Source: Actinomycetes bacterium
Lineage (GTDB): Bacteria > Actinomycetota > Acidimicrobiia > Acidimicrobiales > Bog-793
DNA length: 64,000 nt
Reading direction: 5' to 3'
Assembly (NCBI GenBank): GCA_021809805.1
Contig: JAJZKA010000002.1
Location: 3,907 to 67,906 of the forward strand
Under the pieces are notes generated by a model. It ran no database searches. It was given only the letters and a program-made list of their open reading frames with translations, and was not told where the DNA came from. The position numbers and the translations under genes were made by a program. This document shows, one piece after another, positions 9,190 to 18,494 of the stretch (its first letter is position 1; each line of letters starts with the position of its first letter).

Positions 9190-10106
9190 CGCTCCGAAGG
9201 GGGGCGAGCGGCGACGACGCGCTGAGCAAGAGCGGCGAACACCGCGCGGTCATCGTTGAGTGAGGCGGTGCGGGTGAAGGCGAGGCCGAGCTCGCCCGCC
9301 AGCTGGGCCGCCTCGATGTCGAGATCGTAGAGGACCTCGAGGTGATCTGCGGTGAAGCCGGCTGGGCAGACGACGACGCCCCCGAAGCCCTGGGCGGCGA
9401 GCTCGCGCAACATGACGAGGATGTCGGGCCCGATCCAGGGCTCGGGCGTGCGCCCGGCACTCTGCCAACCCACGCGATAGTGGGCAAGCTCGAGGCGACC
9501 AGCGACGAGACGGGCGGTCTCGGCGAGCTCGTCGGGGTAGGGATCGCCGTCAGCGAGGATCCGCTCGGGAAGGCTGTGGGCGGTGAAGCAGTACTCGATC
9601 TCGCCACGCGTCGGCGGGAGCGACGCAGTCGCACTGCGCACCCGCGCGGCGAGCGCGGCGATCAGCGCCTCTTCGTCGTGCCAGTGGCGGACGAAGCCGC
9701 AGGCCAGCCCGAGCTCGGCGCAGCGCTCGGCGGCCCGCTCGAGGTACTCACCGACGCTGAGGCGCGAGTAGTGGGGGGCCAGCACGATGCCGACGACGTC
9801 GGTCACCCCGCGCCCGGCGAGCTCAGCGACGGCCGCCTCGATCGTTGGTGCCGAGTGCTTGGCGCCGTAGGCGACGACGTAGGCCCCGGGCTCGAGCACC
9901 TCGAGCTCCTCCTGCAGCGCGGCCAGCTGTGCAGCGGTCCGGGCGTTCAGTGGCGAGATTCCGCCGATTGCGTCATAGCGCCGCTTGAGGTCGCCAAGCT
10001 GCTCAGGTGTGGGAGGGCGGCCGCGGCGGACATCAAGGTAGAAGCGCTCGACGTCGTCGGGACCGCTCGGGGTTCCGTAGGTCATCACGACGACGCCGGT
10101 CGTCAT
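9186..10106 (-). CDS. hemH: Ferrochelatase (coproporphyrin ferrochelatase)
   Basis: VVMTYGTPSGPDDVERFYLDVRRGRPP..., with overlaps to hemE upstream and hemY downstream. Confidence 0.9.
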   Translation of the reverse strand: MTTGVVVMTYGTPSGPDDVERFYLDVRRGRPPTPEQLGDLKRRYDAIGGISPLNARTAAQLAALQEELEVLEPGAYVVAYGAKHSAPTIEAAVAELAGRGVTDVVGIVLAPHYSRLSVGEYLERAAERCAELGLACGFVRHWHDEEALIAALAARVRSATASLPPTRGEIEYCFTAHSLPERILADGDPYPDELAETARLVAGRLELAHYRVGWQSAGRTPEPWIGPDILVMLRELAAQGFGGVVVCPAGFTADHLEVLYDLDIEAAQLAGELGLAFTRTASLNDDRAVFAALAQRVVAARPPSER

Positions 10107-11152
10107 CGCTCGCCGTCCGCCCCGCTCTCTGCTGACACCCGGTGCACGAGTTCGACGATCCTCGTGAGGACCTCGGGGTCGGTTGCTGGCAGCACCCCGT
10201 GGCCCAGGTTGAAGACGTGCCGACGTCCGCCGCCCTCCTTCAACACGCGGCGAGTTTCCCGAGCCGCTACCTCAAAACCCGCCAGGCAGATCGCGGGATC
10301 GAGGTTGCCTTGCAAGACGACCTCAGGGCCTACGCGCTGGCGTGCCCGGTCCAACGGCACGCGCCAGTCGACGCCCACGACCTCGGCGCCGGCGCCGGCC
10401 ATCAAATCCAGCAGCTCACCGGTGCCCACGCCGAAGTGGATGCGGGGAACCTCGAGGTCCGCGAGTCCTTCCAGCACCCTGCGGGTAGCAGGCAGGACGT
10501 GGCGCTCATAGTCCGCCCGCGAGAGCGCGCCCGCCCAGCTGTCGAAGAGCTGGATCGCGCCCGCCCCGCAGTCGACTTGCGCTCGCAAGGAGGTGATCGC
10601 CAGGTCAGCGAGCCGATCGAGCAGCAGGCGCCACAAGGGCGGGTCACCGTGCATCAGCGCCTTGGTTCGCACGAAGTCGCGACTCGGCCCGCCTTCGACG
10701 AGGTAGCTCGCCACCGTGAAGGGCGCGCCGGCGAAGCCGATCAGGGGGACCCCGAGCCGCTCGGTGAGCAGGCGGACGGTCTCAAGTACGTAGGGTACGT
10801 CCTCTTCGGGCTCAAGCGGACGGAGGCGGCGCAGGTCAGCGCTCGTTCCGAACGGCTCGGCGATCACGGGGCCGCGCCCTGGGACGACGTCGATGTCGAT
10901 ACCGATACCGACGAGGGGGATCACGATGTCGGAGAACAGGATCGCCGCGTCGACGCCGTAACGATCGACGGGCTGGAGCGTGATCTCGGCGGCGAGCTCC
11001 GGCGAGCGGATGGCCTCAAGGATGCTCCCCTCCCCGCGCAGCTTGCGATACTCGGGCAGCGAGCGACCTGCCTGGCGCATGAACCACACCGGCACCCGCT
11101 CGATGGCCTCGCCGCGGCAGGCCCGGAGAAACAGCGGCTCGAGCTCGGGCAC
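10103..11152 (-). CDS. hemE: Uroporphyrinogen decarboxylase
   Basis: FLRACRGEAIERVPVWFMRQAGRSLPEYR is the UroD N-terminal signature. Confidence 0.95.
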   Translation of the reverse strand: MPELEPLFLRACRGEAIERVPVWFMRQAGRSLPEYRKLRGEGSILEAIRSPELAAEITLQPVDRYGVDAAILFSDIVIPLVGIGIDIDVVPGRGPVIAEPFGTSADLRRLRPLEPEEDVPYVLETVRLLTERLGVPLIGFAGAPFTVASYLVEGGPSRDFVRTKALMHGDPPLWRLLLDRLADLAITSLRAQVDCGAGAIQLFDSWAGALSRADYERHVLPATRRVLEGLADLEVPRIHFGVGTGELLDLMAGAGAEVVGVDWRVPLDRARQRVGPEVVLQGNLDPAICLAGFEVAARETRRVLKEGGGRRHVFNLGHGVLPATDPEVLTRIVELVHRVSAESGADGER

Positions 11153-11255
11153 GCGACGACCCTAGTGCGGGACTGGTACCTCCGCGACCTGCTTGGGCGC
11201 TTGAACCGGGCGGCTTCACGACCCGTCCGGTGCCCCGTTTGGAACGCTCCGGCAG

Positions 11256-11882
<627 letters not shown>

Positions 11883-11937
11883 GCTCGTACCTCCTTTCAA
11901 GAGGCCTTGCGCGGCCAAGCGTCGAGGCGGTGGTCTC

Positions 11938-12876
11938 GTGAGGCTCGCACTCCGGCACCGGCTCGTGTGCCGGGTCGCCGTCCCAGCCGCCGTGGTCGTT
12001 GCCGCGGTGAGCCTCGGCATGCTCGTGTGGTGGCCGGCGAGCACCCCGACGCCGACGCTCGCGGGCACCGTGCTGACGGCCTCGGTGACCAAGTCAACAA
12101 ACCACAAGCCGAACCTGAACCTGGGCAAGACGCTGTTCGATGAGACGTGCGCCAGCTGCCACGGGAGCGCGGCGCAGGGCAGCGCCGTGGCTCCGAGCCT
12201 GCAGGGCCTCGGTGCCGGCACCATCGACCTGTGGCTGTCGAGCGGCTGGATGCCCCTTGCGACCCCCAGCGTCCAGCCGGCGCGCAAGCCACCGAAGTAC
12301 GATCCGGCCCAGAACGTGGACATCGCGCAATACGTGGCGTCGCTATCGAACTACCAGGGCTTCGCGATCCCCAAGGTCAACTTGAAGGGTGCCAACGTCG
12401 CGAACGGTTTCAGCGTCTTTGCCGAGATCTGTGCGGCCTGCCACACGATCACCGGTGCGGGCGACGCGCTGTCAGGCGGGATCATCGCTCCGTCGCTGCA
12501 TGACGTCTCCAAAACCCAGATTGCTGAGGCGGTGCGCACCGGGCCCGGCAACATGCCGCGATTCGGGCGTGGTGTTATCTCAAACGCCCAGCTCAGCGAT
12601 GTTATCGCTTACGTGACACGCAACATCGAGCACCCGACCAACCCCGGTGGTCTCGGCCTCGGAGGAGTCGGACCTGTTGCCGAGGGCTTCGTCGGCCTGT
12701 TCATCGGCGTGGGTCTCTGCGTGCTCGCCGCCTTCTGGATTGGCGACCGCACGCCCCGCGGCCCGGTCGGCGCCGAGCAGCACGGGGACGGCGAGGGCGG
12801 CCCTGACGGCGACGGGGGCAACCCGGGACCCGTTGGGGACGACGGCGGGAGTGATCGGGAGATTCAACATGTCTGA
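11938..12876 (+). CDS. qcrC: Menaquinol-cytochrome c reductase diheme cytochrome c subunit
   Basis: Two CxxCH heme-binding motifs (CASCHG, CAACHT) and a C-terminal TM anchor. Confidence 0.9.
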   Translation: MRLALRHRLVCRVAVPAAVVVAAVSLGMLVWWPASTPTPTLAGTVLTASVTKSTNHKPNLNLGKTLFDETCASCHGSAAQGSAVAPSLQGLGAGTIDLWLSSGWMPLATPSVQPARKPPKYDPAQNVDIAQYVASLSNYQGFAIPKVNLKGANVANGFSVFAEICAACHTITGAGDALSGGIIAPSLHDVSKTQIAEAVRTGPGNMPRFGRGVISNAQLSDVIAYVTRNIEHPTNPGGLGLGGVGPVAEGFVGLFIGVGLCVLAAFWIGDRTPRGPVGAEQHGDGEGGPDGDGGNPGPVGDDGGSDREIQHV

Positions 12877-13861
12877 CGAGCACGGCAGTGGCGTGCCAGT
12901 GAACCTCTCGCCGGGGGGGCGCCCCTTGGGACAGCGAGATCCACACGCCTCGCCCGTCCAGCGGGTGCAGGTCGACCTCAGCGCGCCACAATTCCAGGTC
13001 GCTGCCAAGAACCCGAAGCGGACAGAGCGCACGACACTCGTGTTCTTCTTGCTTGCGCTCGCCGGCTTTGCTGGCTTCGGCGCTGCCTATACCCAAAACG
13101 CCAGCAACTTCTTGCTCGGGCTCTCGATGGCCCTTGGCCTGTTGATGTTCGGCTTCGGCGTCGCGTCGTGGGGAATGTTCCTCATGCCGCGGGGCCCATT
13201 CGAAGAGCCGCGGGCGTTGATGCAAACGACTCCTGAAGAGAAGCGCCTGTTCCTTGGGGACTTCGAGAGCCGGGGCAAGGTCGCCATCGAGCGTCGCGGC
13301 TTCCTCGCCAAGGCGATGGGGGCGGCTGCTGCCGTGCTCGGCATCGTGACAGCATTCCCGCTGATTCGTTCGCTCGGCCCGCTGCCGAAAAAGAGCTTGT
13401 ATAGGACGAAATGGCGCAAGGGTTCGTATGTCACCGACATCAACAATCGCCGCGTGAAGGTCGATGACATCGACGTCGGCAGCATGGTGACGGTTTTCCC
13501 CCAAGATGACGTGGGTGGAGCGATCTCCCAGACCGTCCTGTTACACCCCCAGACGACGGACATCGTGACGATGACGGGTCGCGAGACGTGGGCCCCCCAG
13601 GGCTTCATCGCGTTCTCCAAGGTGTGCACCCACGCTGGTTGCCCGGTCGGTCTCTACGAGCAGGCGACTGAGCAGCTGTTGTGCCCATGCCACCAGTCGC
13701 TCTTCGACATCTACTCGGGAGCTGAGCCGGTCTTTGGACCCGCCCCGCGACCGCTGCCGCAGCTGCCGCTCTATATCGACTCGCGCGGCTATATCCGGGC
13801 TCAGACCGGTTACGACGAGCCGGTTGGCCCGGGCTTTTGGGAACGCGGGGGGACGACGTGA
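12869..13861 (+). CDS. qcrA: Menaquinol-cytochrome c reductase Rieske iron-sulfur subunit
   Basis: Rieske boxes CTHAGCPV and CPCHQSLF. The ATG at 12869 overlaps the qcrC end by 8 nt. The upstream part of the track ORF (from 12647) lies inside qcrC. Confidence 0.9.
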   Translation: MSDEHGSGVPVNLSPGGRPLGQRDPHASPVQRVQVDLSAPQFQVAAKNPKRTERTTLVFFLLALAGFAGFGAAYTQNASNFLLGLSMALGLLMFGFGVASWGMFLMPRGPFEEPRALMQTTPEEKRLFLGDFESRGKVAIERRGFLAKAMGAAAAVLGIVTAFPLIRSLGPLPKKSLYRTKWRKGSYVTDINNRRVKVDDIDVGSMVTVFPQDDVGGAISQTVLLHPQTTDIVTMTGRETWAPQGFIAFSKVCTHAGCPVGLYEQATEQLLCPCHQSLFDIYSGAEPVFGPAPRPLPQLPLYIDSRGYIRAQTGYDEPVGPGFWERGGTT

Positions 13862-15351
13862 TCGACCGCTTGTTCAACTGGATGGACGACCGGCTCGCGA
13901 TTTCGCGTGGCGGCCGGCACCTCCTGAACAAGATCTTCCCGGACCACTGGAGCTTCATGCTCGGTGAGATCGCGCTGTACTCGTTCATCGTCTTGCTTTT
14001 GACGGGCATCTTCCTCACGCTGTACTTCGTCCCGTCCGAGGCCACGACGATCTACCACGGCAGTTACCGGCCGCTCGACGGGGCGCACGTGTCCGAAGCG
14101 TTCGCGTCGACCGTGAACCTCTCATTCGCGGTGCGCGGCGGCCTGCTCGTACGCCAGATGCACCACTGGGCCGCCAACATCTTCGTGGGCTCGATCGTCG
14201 TCCACATGCTGCGCGTCTTTTTCACCGGCGCGTTCCGCCGCCCTCGCGAGGTCAACTGGATCATTGGCGCCAACCTGTTGATCCTTGCGATCTTCAATGG
14301 CTTCCTCGGCTATTCGCTGCCGGACGACCTCGTCTCGGGTACCGGTATCCGGATCGCCTTCTCGATTCTTGAGTCCGTGCCGTTCGTTGGCAGCTATCTC
14401 GCCTTTTTCCTCTTTGGCGGTCTGTACCCGGGCAACGGTGCGATCATCCCCCGCTTTTTCATCATCCACGTCTTGATCTTGCCGCTCATCATCTTGGGAC
14501 TCCTCGGTGCCCACCTCGGTCTGCTCGTGCGCCATAAGCACACCCAGTTCAAGCAGCCGGGCGCCCGCGAGGACAACGTCGTTGGCACCCCGCTGTGGCC
14601 GAGTTTCATGACCAAGACGCTGGGCTTCTTCTTCTTGACCACCGGCGTCACGGCCCTGTTGGGTGCGCTCGTCCAGATCAACCCGATCTGGCAATACGGG
14701 CAGTACTACCCCTGGAAGGTGAGCTACGCGGTTCAGCCTGACTGGTACATGGGCTGGCTCGACGGCGCGCTGCGCATCATGCCGAGCTGGGAGATCCATC
14801 TCCCCGGCCATATGATCCCGAACGCCTTCTTCCCTGGCGTGTTGCTGCCGGGGGTGACCTTTACGGTCATCATGCTGTGGCCCTTCTTGGAGGCCAAGCT
14901 CACCGGGGAGCATGTCCGCGAGCATCATCTCCTCGACCGGCCCCGCGACCGTCCCGTTCGGACGGCGACCGGCGCGGCGGTGTTCGCGTTCTACTTCGTC
15001 CTCTTCGGGGCGAGCGCGACGGACGTGCTCGCCAACTACCTGTCGATCACCTTGAACACGGTGCTGTGGACATTCCGCATCGCGGCCATCGTCGTGCCGA
15101 TCATTGTCTGGCCGATCGCGTACAGGATCTGCAAGGAACTGCAGCGCACCCCGAACGCCGGTAAGCGCAAGGTGCACAACATCGTGGTGCGCGACGCGAA
15201 TGGCGGTTACCGGACCATCCCGGCCGAGGAGTACCCCGGCTACGTCGGTGCCGAGCTCGAGCCGCTCGACGTCGAGAAGATCGAGGTCCTCACGGCGGCG
15301 GGCAAAGTCACCGAGCCGGGCGTCTACGAGATCCCCCGCGACTACCGCTGA
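13858..15351 (+). CDS. qcrB: Menaquinol-cytochrome c reductase cytochrome b subunit
   Basis: Cytochrome b sequence (FPDHWSFMLGEIALYSF, RQMHHWAANIF, FFIIHVLILP). The GTG at 13858 overlaps the qcrA stop (GTGA). Confidence 0.9.
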   Translation: MIDRLFNWMDDRLAISRGGRHLLNKIFPDHWSFMLGEIALYSFIVLLLTGIFLTLYFVPSEATTIYHGSYRPLDGAHVSEAFASTVNLSFAVRGGLLVRQMHHWAANIFVGSIVVHMLRVFFTGAFRRPREVNWIIGANLLILAIFNGFLGYSLPDDLVSGTGIRIAFSILESVPFVGSYLAFFLFGGLYPGNGAIIPRFFIIHVLILPLIILGLLGAHLGLLVRHKHTQFKQPGAREDNVVGTPLWPSFMTKTLGFFFLTTGVTALLGALVQINPIWQYGQYYPWKVSYAVQPDWYMGWLDGALRIMPSWEIHLPGHMIPNAFFPGVLLPGVTFTVIMLWPFLEAKLTGEHVREHHLLDRPRDRPVRTATGAAVFAFYFVLFGASATDVLANYLSITLNTVLWTFRIAAIVVPIIVWPIAYRICKELQRTPNAGKRKVHNIVVRDANGGYRTIPAEEYPGYVGAELEPLDVEKIEVLTAAGKVTEPGVYEIPRDYR

Positions 15352-15423
15352 GCCTCGCGCCCGCCTGCTCGCCGGAGCCCCTTGATCGAGATCGCCGCTT
15401 CGCGCTGACTGGCCGCGGCGCGG

Positions 15424-15496
15424 AGCCGGTGGTGGGGCTCGAACCCACGACCTGACGATTACAAATCGCCTGCGCTACCAACTGCGCCACACCGGC
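15424..15496 (-). tRNA. tRNA-Thr (anticodon UGU)
   Basis: The minus strand reads GCCGGTGTGGCGCAGTTGGTAGCGCAGGCGATTTGTAATCGTCAGGTCGTGGGTTCGAGCCCCACCACCGGCT. It folds by hand into a cloverleaf with a 7-bp acceptor stem, a GTTCGAGC T-loop and anticodon loop UU-UGU-AA. CCA is not fully encoded. Confidence 0.9.
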
Positions 15497-15706
15497 GGAC
15501 GCCGCCTGGCGGCGGCAAGCGAACGGAGTCTAGTGAGCCAGTGCTGCTCGTCCTGGCGTGGGTCCGCTCGCCGCCGGAGATCTCGGTGAAATCGATGCGG
15601 CAGGGGCGGGGATGGCGCATCCAAGGACGCACAAAGGCCGAGGCCGCATCGCCACGGCGAGCGATCGACCGACAAGGACGCTGATCCCTGGGCCAGCTCT
15701 CGCCCC

Positions 15707-15730
15707 GGTGACGGTGACGGTGACGGTGAC
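15707..15730. repeat. Hexanucleotide microsatellite (GGTGAC)x4
   Basis: Four perfect tandem GGTGAC units sit 16 nt from the left IS end. Confidence 0.9.
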
Positions 15731-15745
15731 GGGCGCGAGATGCGG

Positions 15746-17521
15746 CTAGGGCGCTGTTGAACAACGCTCTTCACAGCCGGCCCGACCGGGCGTAGCGTTT
15801 CCTCGGGTCCTCGGGGGTAAGCCTGCACCGAAGAGCCGGAGTTGAGGGGGAAGATCCGGTCGCGCTGGTCTTGGCCTTTGGCCAACAGGTGTCGTGCCCT
15901 CCTTAGGACGCTCCCGAGGGCCCATCACGTCGTCGCGAGCACCCAGTTCCCGTCTTGTCTCGTCAGCCCGAGCACGACGAGCCTGCGCAGGTTCAACGCC
16001 GCGACGCGCCGGTGCGCCCAGGCCTCGTTCCGCTCGACGCCGCGATAGCGCAGGCGCCGGTTCCCCTTCGCGACGAGCCAGGAGATCGTGCGCTCGGCCA
16101 TCGGGCGGTGCTTTCGATAGGTGCCGCGCAGCTCCTCGTCTTGCCAGGCGGCCCTCGCCGCGACGAGCTCCCGGTCGTGCTCGGAGACGGTGAAGCTGCG
16201 CGACGCGGCCTTCGTGCAGCGAACCTTGAGCGGGCAGACCGCACAGTGCGGGGCGAACTTCGCGGTGCCGGCCCTGGACACCGAAGCCGTGTGACCCGCC
16301 GGGCAGGTGACCGTGCGGGCGTCGTGGTCGACGGCGAAGTCATCACGGACGAAGCCGCCAGGGAGGACGGAGCGGGACGGGAGCGGCTTGATGACGAGGC
16401 GGTGGCGGCGCTCCCCGAGGTCGCTGCGTGTCGTCCCCGATCCGTAGGCGGAGTCGGCGAGGACCTCGAGGCCGTCCGGCTCGTCCTCCATCAGCTCGAC
16501 GCCGGTCGGTCCGTCGGGGGGCGTTCGCCGGCGTGATCTTGACGGCGGTGACGATCCCGGTGTCCGGCTCGCTGGCGAGATGCGCCTTGAAGCCGTCGGT
16601 CCGCACGGCGGTCGATTCACGCCCGCGGCGGGCCTCGACATCGACGGTCGAGATCACCCGGTCCTTCGCGACCTTCTTCGCGATCTTCCAGCTGCCGGGG
16701 GTCTCGCCGGGCTCGACGTCCTGGCCGGCCACGAGGGCGAGCAGGCCGATCGTGTCGGCGGCGAGCTCGCTCGACGGGCTCTCCTGCGCGGCGGCGAGGA
16801 CCGCTTCGGCGTCATGGACGAGGCCGGTGACGATGGCGTCGCGCGCAGACTGGTCCGACCATTCGATGACCGGCTTGCCGCCCTCGTCGGTGGCGGTCGA
16901 GAGCGAGACGAGGGCCGCCTCGGGGACCGCCCGGCGCACCTTCCTGATCGCGGAGATGAGCTGGGTCACGGTGTCCTGGGTGGCGACGGCGTCGTCGAGG
17001 ATCGTCGAGTCGAGGGCGCGGCGCGTCTTCTTCGCGAGGACCCCGGTCGCCTCGACGACGGAGCGCACCGCGTCGAAGATCCGCTGCGGGCGCTCGGAGC
17101 GGCGAAGGCGCGTCCGCCAGTAGGTGAGGACGGTGAAGTCAAAGCCCGGGTCGTCGAGGGCGAGCCCGCAGGCGACCTTCCAGTCGATGCGCGTCCGCAG
17201 CTGGCGGATCGCGTCGCGGTCCGACAGCCCCTCCAGGGCCTGCAGGACCATCACCGAGCAGACGAGCACCGCGGGGATCGAGGGGCGGCCGCGACCGGAG
17301 GGGAAGAGGTCCGCGAACTCCTCCTCCTGGAAGAGCTCTAGTCGGTGATCGGCTAAGAACGCATAGACGGTCCCGTCCTCGACGAGGCCCCGGCAGAAGA
17401 CCGCGGCGTCGAGCATCCGGCGGTCAGGAGTGGCTTTTCCCTGCATGGGACAAGTCTCGTCCGCGCCCGGGCAAATCGCGAGCACCCGCGACGGGGGGCG
17501 ATTAAATCAACAGCGCCCTAG
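15746..17521 (-). mobile_element. Insertion sequence, IS1182/IS5 superfamily, about 1.78 kb, bounded by 15-nt perfect terminal inverted repeats
   Basis: CTAGGGCGCTGTTGA at 15746-15760 is the exact reverse complement of TCAACAGCGCCCTAG at 17507-17521. These enclose the transposase reading frames. The outer CTAG could be either IR or target duplication, because it is palindromic. Confidence 0.8.
15925..17485 (-). pseudogene. IS1182-family DDE transposase, split into two frames by a single-base frameshift in a C6 run (plus-strand G6 at 16516-16521)
   Basis: ORF 16343-17485 carries the DUF772-type N-terminal region (FLADHRLELFQEEEFADLFPSGRGRPSIPAVL) and stays meaningful until ...ITPANAP. ORF 15925-16641 becomes meaningful from PPDGPTGVELMEDEPDGLEVLADSAYGSG (DDE region). 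The two join at ACGCCCCCCGACGG. Confidence 0.8.
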
Positions 17522-18351
17522 GGCTTCGGGCGCTCGGGTGCCTTCGGGAAGGTCACCGCGCCGGTCGGTCGCGCGTCGCTCACGGCTGGGCGAGCATCGC
17601 TGACAGTTGGGCGCGGGGCGAGCGGGCGGCTCTCCAGCACTCGGACCGCCCCGGTAGCGGCGAGCCTGACGGGCAGGCCCGCCGGTCCGGCGCTGGTGGA
17701 GCGGCTCCCCGGGGCCGCCGGTGCCGTCGCAGCGGGCGCCAGTGGATTGCGCGAGTGAGCCACGGTGGGGACGAGCATCCGGCCGAGAAAAGAGCGACCG
17801 ATGAGGCCGAGCACCGCCGCGAACGCGGGGCGGGTGATGACGACGGTCAGGATCGCAATGAACAACCCGAGCCCAAGGCCAGCGGCGGCATCGGCAGGAA
17901 AGGCGAGGCCCACGTAGCACTCGTTGAACGCGACCGCGAGCGCGCCAAGAACTGCGAGCGGGCCGAGCAAGTGATCTTGAGCGAAAAGGAGGGCGACGGC
18001 GACGGCGAGTGCCATGGCTGCCTGGGCGTTGGGGAGCCCTGGCGACGTGCTGCGGTGCGCGAGCACGACGACACCGGCGAGCACCTGGTAGGGCCGCTGG
18101 TGGCCGATGGCCCGGGCGATCGGCAGGGCCACCAAGTAGGCCAGCACCCCGGTGAGCGGCGCCGCGACCGACGCCGCGAGTTGGCGGGCGCCCCCTCCGG
18201 TCCGCCCGCTGCGGGCACGCAGATACCCGGCGGCCACGAGGAGCCCGAAGAGGGCAAAGGCGGCCCAGGAGTGGAACGCCCGCGCCATGCCGTGCGCGAA
18301 TCCGCTCTCCGCAACCAGCCGATTGACTTCGAGAAACCAGCGCGAGTCCAC
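17518..18351 (-). CDS. PAP2 (type 2 phosphatidic acid phosphatase) superfamily membrane protein with degenerate catalytic motifs
   Basis: Multi-TM protein with PAP2-like blocks IGHQRP, STSPGLPN and ECYVGLAFPADAAAGLGLG (compare KxxxxxxRP, PSGH, SRxxxxxHxxxD). The stop TAG lies inside the CTAG at the IS end. Confidence 0.6.
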   Translation of the reverse strand: MDSRWFLEVNRLVAESGFAHGMARAFHSWAAFALFGLLVAAGYLRARSGRTGGGARQLAASVAAPLTGVLAYLVALPIARAIGHQRPYQVLAGVVVLAHRSTSPGLPNAQAAMALAVAVALLFAQDHLLGPLAVLGALAVAFNECYVGLAFPADAAAGLGLGLFIAILTVVITRPAFAAVLGLIGRSFLGRMLVPTVAHSRNPLAPAATAPAAPGSRSTSAGPAGLPVRLAATGAVRVLESRPLAPRPTVSDARPAVSDARPTGAVTFPKAPERPKP

Positions 18352-18494
18352 TGGCGACGCTCCTTGGTCATCGGACGGCTCATCTGTCGTGCCGGTCCGG
18401 GCAGCATAGGTCCGCCCTTGCGATGAGCTACTGCTTTCGCGGGCGCATCTGACGCGCTGCGGCCGATCCGCTCGGGAGCGAGCGAGCCGCTAGC

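Noticed and set aside
15475-15885. ORFs spanning the (GGTGAC)4 repeat that encode SPSPSPSP- or VTVTVT-type peptides.
   Set aside because: No start or RBS context and no family resemblance. The frames cross the IS inverted repeat. The periodicity is a microsatellite artefact.
15424-17521. tRNA-Thr followed by a mobile element, considered as a tRNA-targeted genomic island.
   Set aside because: The IS lies on the 5' side of the tRNA, about 250 nt away. There is no integrase, no tRNA 3'-end direct repeat and no cargo genes. It is a simple IS insertion.
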